A DNA stretch of 59,814 bases from Octopus bimaculoides (taxonomy: Eukaryota), in contig NC_068981.1 of assembly GCF_001194135.2 (NCBI RefSeq), positions 52,214,978 to 52,274,791 of the forward strand. Reading direction: 5' to 3'. Below are positions 50,255-59,814 of the stretch, piece after piece. Under the pieces are notes generated by a model that did no database searches, was not told the DNA's origin, and saw nothing but the letters and a program-made list of their open reading frames with translations. Every line of letters begins with the position of its first letter. Position 1 is the first letter of the stretch. The position numbers were made by a program, and so were the translations under genes.

Positions 50255-50585
50255 TATAGGACGTCACCAACTGTGTGAACAACAAGAAGTACGAAAACAA
50301 ACGAGTTAAATGCAACGAGAGAAAAAAATGGAAAACAGGACAAGTAACAGGGAGAACGACCCTTCATCAATTGTTGGCTGTCTATCTACTCCTCATTTCG
50401 AGCATTTAGAAGACTCATACTGTCGTTCAATGCTCGAAATAAGGAGTAGATAGACAATCGACAACTGATGAAGGGTCGTTCTTTGCGTTACTTGTCTTGT
50501 TTTCCATTTTTTCTCTCGTTGTTTGCGTTTTTAACTCATTTGTTTTCGTACTTCATGTTGTTTACACAGTTGGTGATGCCCTGTA
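50255..50585. mobile_element. Foldback/MITE-like element, ~155-bp imperfect arms, ~20-bp spacer, possible Tc1/mariner-type ends
   Basis: gtcaccaactgtgtgaacaac...atttcgagcatt is mirrored by aatgctcgaaat...gttgtttacacagttggtgatg. The right end reads TA|CAGGG on the minus strand. Confidence 0.75.
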
Positions 50586-50609
50586 CCCATATATGCATAT
50601 ATATATATA

Positions 50610-50805
50610 GGTTTCAAATTTTGGCACAAGGCCAGCAAGTTCCGTGAGGGCGTAAGTCAATTACTTCAACCCAAGTGCTTAACTTGTACTTATTTTATCG
50701 ACCCTGAAAGGATGAATGGCAAAGTCGACCACAGCGGAATTTGAACTCAGAACGCAAAGACGGACGAAATTCTGCAAAGCATTTTGCCCGGCGTGCTAAC
50801 GATTG
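50610..50805 (-). mobile_element. SINE family B
   Basis: ggtttcaaattttggcacaaggcc...gacccтgaaaggatgaatggcaaagtcgacc...gcccggcgtgctaacgatt matches the other B copies. Confidence 0.8.
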
Positions 50806-52335
50806 TGAAGATGAAGATGTACTCGGTAAGGTCTCAGGTGATACGTTTCTATACATAGTTTATTAAAGAGCGAAGTGGGACAACGAAAGCAGCAACTGAA
50901 TTACCTCCCTGAAGGCCAGTTACTTTTTTAGTTATTTCCCTTCTTATAATACTCAGAATATGAGTAAATAGCTTAACTTACGGCATGGAATATAGAATGT
51001 TATCTTTGTTTTATCCATAATGAACGCATCTGTCTTATGCTGCCAAAGATGGGGAGAAAGACAATTTTCAGAGAGCCAGTATGAATGAACTCGTTGCAAT
51101 GAATAGTGTGGTGTCTAGAAGAATAAATATGAGGAACGTAAGAATTAGATACGAATCTCAGATAGATGAGTCTAGCAGCTAGCTCCCGACTTTAACTTGC
51201 TCCAGTTATCACAAAAAGAAGAGAGACAGTCTATGGCCGGGTGATTGCAATATGTGGTCAAATGGCTTCATATCACTCAGATGAGGGGTATTTTAAAAGT
51301 GTATTTTCAAAGTACAAAAGAGAAACATAAATATTTCTGAAGATAACACGTTTGATTAGGCAATCAGTTAAATGTTGGTTTTAAATTTTTGACATAAGGA
51401 CCAGCAATTTCGGGGGAGGGGATAAATCGATTACGTCGATCCCAGTGCTCAACTGGTACTTATTTTGTCCGGCGCACTAACGATCCAGTCATTTCGCTGC
51501 CTTGTATTGAACACAAATATTCCAAGAGAAATTGAAGCAGTCCGCAACATCTTTTATTGTCAGCATCGGTAGAGCTTTGGATAAACTACCTTGGTTGTTT
51601 AGTTTTGTCTCCTGAGTTCGAATTTCGCTGAGCTCAGCTGTACTTTTCATTTTACGAGAGTCATTAAAATAAACAAACAAGTACTGTCGATATGATAAAC
51701 GGTTCCCTCTTCCAAAATGCCTGACATAGTGATAACGTCAGAAACTAAAAACTATTTGTTCAGTACTCCTCAATCAAATAGATATGATTTTTGTTTGATT
51801 CATATTTTTAGAGAGAGGGGTGAGGGAGGGAGATGGAGGGGGGGAGAGAGAGAAAGAGAGAGAGAGGTGGATGGATGGATGGAAAGTTTAAAGGAAGTCA
51901 TTTTTATCATTCTCACATTCTGAGTTTGTAAGGGAGATAACTAAAGAGTTCTTTGATGGCACCAATTGTGGTAGAATGATAGAATAATTATAACCATTTA
52001 AAATGCAGATGTACCGTTATATTCACTTTTGTATTATTTCGTACACTTTTTTGTATCATTGTTTCATTAAAGCTTCGTTGCATGGCTATGACTTAATCTG
52101 TGAAGATATTCTACTCCATCTGTCGTAACAATCTGTGAATGACTTTTATGAGTATTGCGTAGTTACCTCCCTTGGACTTACACTTTTTTTTTAAAATCAA
52201 GTTTTTTCTTTTCTTTTTCCCGTCCGATTTTGATTACTGCTTTAATCTCACATCTACTATACCTACCACCAAATTCTTATAATTTGTTCGTCTCTGTCAG
52301 CTATGCAATAAACACTTCAACTTAAACTTCAACAT

Positions 52336-52440
52336 GGAATAATTGTCGAAGCATGGAACAAATTACTTGTCTCAGTTATTCGCTGTCAGGATACTGCATC
52401 CTTCAAAAATCCTTGCTTCCTGAAATTCGCCGACACTACT
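52336..52440 (+). mobile_element. CR1-like LINE 3' end relic
   Basis: IIVEAWNKLLVSVIRCQDTASFK resembles the RVV.AWN.LP..VV...T..SFK terminus of CR1/L2-group ORF2. Confidence 0.55.
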
Positions 52441-53053
52441 TTTGACGTGGCTATAGACTTCTTTATGACTCTTTCAGCGGTCACTTCTTTCTGTTTTTGT
52501 TTTTGATTTTTATTCTGAGTACTGTACACGTACATCTAGCTTTCATTACTACCGGTCTTTATTTGACTTGTGTCTGTTTTCTGTCACCTCTTTTAAATTT
52601 TTCTGGTTAGTTGTAGTGCATCCAAGTACTGAATACAATAAGCCGAGGTCGGCTTTGTCATTCATCCTTTTCAGATCCACTTCCCTTAAAATTGCTGGCC
52701 TTGTTGCTGTTGTTGTTTTTACTTTTAAATATGCTTCTTCTTTATATGCGGTTGCTTTCATTCAACTGTGGTCGAAGCTCTCAGCTGAGCCAAGTTTTCA
52801 GTAGATTACTGCACCCCTACTGTACATACACACGGAACGAATTCTCTTCTGCGTTACCATTTACATAACACCCTTTCTCATACAAAGGGGTCTCTTCTGA
52901 AATCTCCGTTATTTACTCTGTAACTCTTAAAATACCTCCAATTTATCAGAAAGTTTTCTCCCCTCTCTTTCGAAAAAGGAACAAGTGTATATGACCCTAT
53001 TGCATTTTGTTCCAGACATACCTAACTGGGAATAACATTTTAATATTCTAATT

Positions 53054-53329
53054 CAGTGGTTCTAAACCAGGGTCTATATGGCCTCTAGGTGTCCATATAA
53101 GATTTCGAGGAATCCACGCAAGCAAAATGGTATTTTGGGGATCGACATAGTTCAACATGTGTTGTTTTTATTTTTTTACATATGTAAATGAATATGTAAA
53201 AAACAAAATAGGAATCTTGGAGGAAATATCTATAAAACTAGTTTTTGAAACATCAAATGGTGTGGAGATCCAGTGGGATAAAATAGTAATCAAAGGAGTC
53301 CATATGTAAAATATGGTTGAGAAACAATG
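53054..53329. mobile_element. hAT-superfamily (Charlie/MER5-like) MITE, 276 bp
   Basis: 15-bp TIRs cagtggttctaaacc / ggttgagaaacaatg (12 of 15 match) and a perfect 8-bp TSD ttctaatt at 53046-53053 and 53330-53337. Confidence 0.85.
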
Positions 53330-54446
53330 TTCTAATTTAAAGGCGATAGACGACGGAGTTGCTAGAAGCGACACATAATAATGTCCTTTTAGAACTATGC
53401 ATTCAAATACCACATATGTTAATTTTACTCGTTATCTTTCCGAAATTGATGAATTAAGGACCAGACAAGTACTAGATAAGCAAATTTCCGGCCCTGCGCT
53501 TGTGCTAGAAATAAATACTATGCACTGATAGATTGGGGCTAGTATCTTCATCTTGATTGTTAAAGTCAAAACATTTCTAGCTATCATATCAGGTAACTTT
53601 CTTGGAATTTCGAACCGAACATTTTATTACATCTACGAAAGTAGATTGTTCTCATTCCGTTGTCCGCACAAAGAATCCTCCAATAATTTATTTTCTGTAT
53701 GTCATACCTCTTAAACATAGCACTGTAGCCCAAACATTGAAGTTTTATACTTTATATATTCTAATGGATTATATTCTAATATTTCAATATCAACGGCGTT
53801 TGTGTTTGTCGGAGTATTGTCCCTTGTAAGTAAACAAAAATCTATTGACTGTGGATATCAAGAAACGAAATGTGCGTTTCTTTACCGTAAAAAGTTGAAT
53901 TCGCGTTTGTCTACCGTAAAAATATTGAGCAGTATGTTTCACTAATATTTTTCTCTGCGAAAAACAATGAATGTTCAGAATTATCAGTGCGTCGAACAAA
54001 ATGCTTAACAGCATTTCTTCCGGCTCTTCATGTTCTGAGTTTAAATCCCACTAAGATCAACTTTACCTTTCATCCTTTTGGAGTCGATGAAACGATGTGC
54101 CAGTCAAGCAGTGGAGGCGATGTTGTAATGGACTAATCCCCTACTCTTCAATTTTTTTTTTTTAATGCAGGCTACTAAAATTTTAAACAATTTCTTCCTT
54201 TCAAGAGTTATTTCCCCTTTTATATTTCTTGCATATATACGTGTATATGCGGTGATGGGATCCGATGTATGTATACAAGNNNNNNNNNNTATGTGTATGC
54301 ACGTGCGTGTGTGTGTGTGTGCGTGCGATCAATCGAAGTAACTTCCTGGAAAAGCTATATCGATTAGTTATTTCCCTTTGATTCAGTTGTAAAACCCATG
54401 AAGCTAGAAGTATCGTAGTTTACCTAGCGCAGTGATTGATCAATCA

Positions 54447-54487
<41 letters not shown>

Positions 54488-54646
54488 CTATATGTATGTA
54501 TGTATGTATATATGTATGTATGTATACAAACATACATACATACATACATATTTGTGTATACATATATTTAACAGATGCACAAGGTCAGAAATTTAGTGGA
54601 TGGGGAATAGTTGCTTATATTGATATTAATATTTTATTTCATCACC

Positions 54647-54858
54647 TAGGCAGCGAGCTGGCTGAATCGTTAGCACGCCGGCGAAAATGCTTAGCAGCAT
54701 TTTATCCGTCTTTAAGTTCTGAGTTCAAATTCTGCGGTGGTCTAATTTACCTTTCATCCTTTCGGTGTCAATAACATCATTACCATTTAAGTACTAGGGT
54801 CGATGTAATCGACTTAACTTCTCCCCCGAAATTGCTGGTCTTGTGCCAAAGTTTGAGA
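54647..54858 (+). mobile_element. SINE family B, full length
   Basis: taggcagcgagctggctgaatcgttagcacgccg...aaattgctggtcttgtgccaaagtttgaga followed by ttatt. Confidence 0.8.
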
Positions 54859-55148
54859 TTATTAATTTTATTGTTGCTTTGTTTTATACAAGCTGTTCTA
54901 AATCTCACACAGAGACCACACGTAATTGCAAGTTGGATGCCCTACTATGGGTATTATTTATGATCAGCAATGATACATTGTAAGGAAAAGAAATCAGAAT
55001 CCGAGAGCTAAGATTCTGTTAAATGTGTAATATTTCAGTTTTGAAAAAGTTTAAAGAGAATCAGGTATTGTTAGATTGACAATGTTTTTTCTAGGATGTA
55101 GGGCAGTTACCCATGAGAACATTAATAATGATATTGATAATAATATTT

Positions 55149-56020
55149 GTTTCAAACTTTGGCACGAAGCCAGCAAGGCCGAGGGAGAGGTACTTATTTT
55201 ATCGACCCCGAAAGGATGAAAGGTAAAGTCAGTCTCGACGGAATTTGAACACGGAACGTAAAAACGGACAAACTACAGCTAAGCAATTTGCCCGGGGTGC
55301 TAACGATTCTGCCAGCTCGCCGCCTTAACATAAGCAATTTATAATGATTTTAAATGTTGGCACATGGCCAGTGATTTATGGGAATGGAATAAGACGATTA
55401 CATCGAGATCACAGTTCAAATGATATTTATTTTATCGACCCCGAAAGATGNNNNNNNNNNNNNNNNNNNNNNNNNNNNNNNNNNNNNNNNNNNNNNNNNN
55501 NNNNNNNNNNNNNNNNNNNNNNNNNNNNNNNNNNNNNNNNNNNNNNNNNNNNNNNNNNNNNNNNNNNNNNNNNNNNNNNNNNNNNNNNNNNNNNNNNNNN
55601 NNNNNNNNNNNNNNNNNNNNNNNNNNNNNNNNNNNNNNNNNNNNNNNNNNNNNNNNNNNNNNNNNNNNNNNNNNNNNNNNNNNNNNNNNNNNNNNNNNNN
55701 NNNNNNNNNNNNNNNNNNNNNNNNNNNNNNNNNNNNNNNNNNNNNNNNNNNNNNNNNNNNNNNNNNNNNNNNNNNNNNNNNNNNNNNNNNNNNNNNNNNN
55801 NNNNNNNNNNNNNNNNNNNNNNNNNNNNNNNNNNNNNNNNNNNNNNNNNNNNNNNNNTTTTGATAAGGGGAGATAGGGAGTCATTGGATTTCATCGACCC
55901 TAATACTTGAACGGTACTTATTTTATCGATCCTAAAAGGATGAAAGACAAAATCAACCTGGGCGGAATTTGAACTTAGAACAAACAGATGGACGAAATGC
56001 CGCTAAGCATCTTGTCCTGC
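55149..56020 (-). mobile_element. Cluster of SINE family B copies/fragments (55149-55327, about 55350-55450, 55858-56020) spanning a gap
   Basis: Repeated ttttatcgaccccgaaagga...ggaatttgaac...gctaagca motifs. Confidence 0.75.
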
Positions 56021-56764
56021 ATGGTAAGGATTTTTGCAGCCTTATTGCACTATTATGCTCCAGTATGTTTTTCTTTTTCTTTCTTTTTTTTCGTACTAAA
56101 AGGAGGAAAACTTTGTACCTTAAACCATGTATTGTCTGCACTTCCATTTTAATCTTGATTTTGGAGATAGCGGGGGAGTGCATCTAATAGATTGAATTTA
56201 ACGGCAACTTGTTACATAACGGGGACTAACTCATAAACGACCTGATATATATGATTATTACAATATGCATAGCTGTATTTCATTTTCAAGATGTCTGTTA
56301 GTTTTACCTCTGTGTGTGTGTGTGTGATTGTTTGTGTGCAAGCAAGTGCAAGTGTACATGCACATGTGTGCGTATATCCGTTTGAGCTTACTAATGAGAT
56401 TTTTTTTTAATGTACATTAATTAAAATTGATACAACTGGGTGCTTCAACCAACTTGTAAACTCTGTCGCTGTGCTATGACGCGTAATTGCTTGTACAGAA
56501 ATACTGTATCGTTACAAAAAAGACTGCTAGAATATATTATCGTTCACTCAGAATATTTTGTAAAGGGAATCAACTTTTAAACGATTTTGCTCCCTTGAAA
56601 TAAATATTCTTCGTTATTTAGATGTTTGTACTGCAAAAATTTTCATTTACTTCATTAAGTAGAAGCTAATGTGGTAGCAATAGAAAGAGGATACAGCACG
56701 CCTGTTGGTAAAAGGTTGAAGTATGCTAATGAGCGACTTATTATAATCAGTCTAGTGTTTGTTT

Positions 56765-57143
56765 GTGGAGACGCAATGGCCCAATGGTTAGGGCAGCGGA
56801 CTCGCGGTCATAGGATCGCGGTTTCGATTCCCAGACCGGGTGTTGTGAGTGTTTATTGAGCAAAAACACCTAAAGCTCCACGAGACTCCGACAGGGGATG
56901 GTGGCGAACCCTGCTGTACTCTTTCACCACAACTTTCTCCTACTTCCTGTTTCTGTTGTACCTGTAATTCAAAGGGCCAGCTTTGTCACACTGTGTCACG
57001 CTGAATATCCCCGAGAACTACGTTAAGAGTACACGTGTCTGTGGAGTGCTCAGCCACTTGCACGTTAATTTCACGAGCAGGCTGTTCCGTTGATCGGATC
57101 AACTGGAACCCTCGACGTCGTAAGCGACGGAGTGCCAACAACA
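56765..57143 (+). mobile_element. SINE family C, full length, 11-bp TSD, (CAA) tail
   Basis: Highly similar to 25039-25419. TSD agtgtttgttt lies at 56754-56764 and 57144-57154. Confidence 0.9.
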
Positions 57144-57179
57144 AGTGTTTGTTTATTTTTTGTTGTTGTTGTTGTTTTT

Positions 57180-57720
57180 CCAAAGCATTGCAGACGTGGA
57201 AGCAGTACTCCACTGGAAGTCTCACCTGAACTTTGTAGAGAGTTTGTAGATGTTGAGGGATAAAGTATTTTCTGGTTTTGATGCAGAAGGTTAGTCTTTG
57301 TAAGGTAATTTTAGTTGTGTTGGGGATATGCATCCATAAGAAAAGATCTTCAGTGATGGTGAGATCTGTCATCTGTAGCGAATTAGGGGTTTCTAATTGT
57401 TTGTTGTTCGTACTGGCATGGAGAGGGCTAATAATTTTTTAGATATGTGTTGTGATTGTGCATTTGTGCATTAAGTATTTATGTGCTAAAGGAGACAAAA
57501 TTTGGCGCGTCCCCACTTGTGAGTGTGTTCGCGGTCTCTTTTCATGTAAGTCAGAGCAAATTTGGCATGAAGTGTCAAGATTGCACATGGAAGAGGTTTA
57601 GCTGCGGAAGGCTAAAGAAGAATGAAGTGTGATATCAATTATGGAGGCATGGGCGTTGCACGAGGGGACAACAAATCGGTTGTCGGTATATAAGAGAAAT
57701 AGTGAGGTTGGCATACAAAT
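57180..57720 (-). mobile_element. CR1/L2-group LINE RT relic
   Basis: Fragments: SLFLLYTD...HASIIDITLHSS (eroded FADD region) and LTITEDLFLWMHI...QRLTFCIKTRKYF..HLQTLYKVQVRLPVEYCFHV (the L.LYK..VRP.LEYC motif). Confidence 0.75.
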
Positions 57721-57820
57721 ATATATAAACATTGACACTCACGAGCGCTTAAATACTCATGAAACCAATTGTGCACTCACACAAAAACACTAATCCTTCT
57801 ACCTACATATATACCCTCAG

Positions 57821-57875
<55 letters not shown>

Positions 57876-58507
57876 CATACATATGCATCCATATACAGAA
57901 GGTTCTAACAACACGGTTACAGCTACTGCAATACGACAAAAATATTTAAGCACACATTCGTAGTAATGATGCTCACTTACACATGCGCACACAACAGCAG
58001 ACAAGTGTGTGTGTGTGTCCAGATACGTACATATATGCATAACACTGAAAATAACATCCAAATAAAGGTACACGTTGCTAACAAGACACACATACAAGTA
58101 ATGACTATATGCCTATACATACTACCCCACATGAATAGGCTCAAAACACATACAGTAGAACTACAGACATACACGAGTATAATACATAACTGGCATACAA
58201 TTCATCTCCTTTGCTACTTTTGTACGAATGAAACCTCGTTTTCTCTGGGTCATTACCGGTCATTCGAAGTCTGCAATTTCCAACATGACTTCACAAAGAA
58301 CAACTCAATATTCACATTTATCTTTCCTTCTTCTACATTTTATGTTTCTTCTCTATATCTGATTTGTTGAGGAAGAGAGTTAGTGCGAAACGTCAAAAAT
58401 ACTTTCACTTTCATAATCCTTCATTGAGCATTAAATTGATATTTAGACCTTGTTTTCACTTTATCTTCCACGTTATTTACATCGTAAATTTTGTACATAT
58501 CTTTTGG

Positions 58508-58712
58508 CATTTACTTGTTTCGGCCACTGAACTGCAGCCAGACTGGGGTATCGCTTTAAATGCTTTTAGCGAACAAATCAGCCCCAGTACTTTTTTTTAA
58601 GCCTGGTACTTATTTGTGTCTCTTTTGCCAAACCGCAATAACGGTTGTCAAGCAGTGGAGGGACAGACTCAAACACAAATACACATACATATATAGACAC
58701 AAACACAAATGT
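58508..58712 (-). mobile_element. SINE family A, 3' half, diverged
   Basis: tttacttgtttcggcc...gcctggtacttatttgtgtctcttttgccaaaccg...ggttgtcaagc. Confidence 0.65.
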
Positions 58713-58756
58713 GNNNNNNNNNNNNNNNNNNNNNNNGTGTGTGTGTGTGTGTGTGT

Positions 58757-59050
58757 GAAGGTGCGTGGCCTAGTGGTTAGACGTGTTGCACTCATGAGCG
58801 TCAGATAGTGGTTTCTATTACCAGATTAGCAGTGCGTTGTGTTCTTGAGCAAAACACTTCATTTCGCGTTGCTCCCGTCCTCTCAGATGTAAGTGTGTAA
58901 CCTTGCGACGGACCAATCTTCCGATCAGGAAGAATGTTGGCCTGCTCGCCTAGCCAGTGGTGTGGCATCATTCAAAAGCTAAAACGATACAGAGCTCCAT
59001 TGTGTCTAGTAAATATATAACAATATCCAATACTCTGGTCGTTACGTGAT
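58757..59050 (+). mobile_element. SINE family D
   Basis: tRNA-like head gaaggtgcgtggcctagtggttag, then tgtgttcttgagcaaaacacttcatttcgcgttgctcc...ttggcctgctcgcctagccag. Homologous to 43544-43775. Confidence 0.7.
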
Positions 59051-59095
<45 letters not shown>

Positions 59096-59502
59096 TCGGG
59101 GCTCTAGTAGAAGACACCCACACCTGCGCCTATATATCATATTGATCAAAGCTAACCTACATACATACACAGCATATTCACAAATCATATCTGCAGACAA
59201 GGGAAGTATGAAACGAAAACAGTTGCTAGCGCATATATGTGTCTAACACATATAAATGCATTTATTTTAACGTTCAAAGCTTCAAATACTATGATGTTTA
59301 TGCTGTTGTTGTTCTGCTAGATCAAACAAAGATGACCAAAAAAAATTATTTGATGTTTTCAGCAACATAATACAGTTATACATATGCTCTGGTAGGTTTT
59401 TCGCAACTGAGTTCTTCTATACTTATGTGTAGTGGAGTATATTTGTGTGTGTGTGTGTATGTGTGTGTGTGTGTACATACACATATTCTTTTATTTCTTT
59501 TA

Positions 59503-59700
59503 TTCTCTTACTTGTTTCAGTCAATTGACTGCGGCCATGCTGGGGCATTGAAGAATTTTAGTCGAACGAATTGACGCCCACAGCTTATTCTTAAACGTGG
59601 TACTTATTCTATTGGTCTCTTTTGCTGAACCCCTAAATTTCGGGGGCATAAACAGACCAACACTGGTTATCAAACGTTAGTGGAGGACAAACATAAACAC
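59503..59700 (-). mobile_element. SINE family A, 3' half
   Basis: ctcttacttgtttcagtcaattgactgcggccatgctgg...ggtacttattctattggtctcttttgctgaacc. Confidence 0.75.
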
Positions 59701-59758
59701 ACGCATGCTCGCACATACTCACACACACACGCACAAATCACATTAGTACACACACACA

Positions 59759-59814
<56 letters not shown>

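Noticed and set aside
53721-53825. Hydrophobic 35-codon exon candidate ending at GTAAGT
   Set aside because: Such AT-rich open stretches arise by chance. No family is recognisable and I found no partner exons.

Overview
Eukaryotic, AT-rich, microsatellite-saturated draft scaffold with about 21 N-gaps (roughly 8 kb in total). The SINE families and (CA)n/(TA)n/(CATA)n load match my recollection of octopus (coleoid cephalopod) DNA; this is an inference, not a database result. I found no host protein-coding exon, tRNA, rRNA or CRISPR array that I can support, so the window looks intergenic or intronic. Almost all long ORFs in the track are microsatellite or gap artefacts. The real content is a layered set of mobile-element relics: Penelope-like elements (an RT fragment, an RT N-terminus, two GIY-YIG endonuclease fragments), Tx1/L1-, RTE-, CR1-like and R4/Dong-like LINE relics, a Helitron relic, a hAT MITE with an 8-bp TSD, several foldback elements and four tRNA-type SINE families (my labels A-D). 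The most notable observations are: (1) an apparently intact minimal type-I hammerhead ribozyme at 23889-23945; (2) a SINE 3' tail that matches the 3' end of the Tx1/L1 LINE, a candidate SINE-LINE partnership; (3) a Penelope-RT/Tx1 chimeric junction near 5903; (4) a palindrome with perfect 105-bp arms; and (5) two different R4/Dong-like 3' ends stacked in an (AAT)n tract. Protein family calls come from manual translation and remembered motifs, and repeat boundaries are approximate unless a TSD is given.
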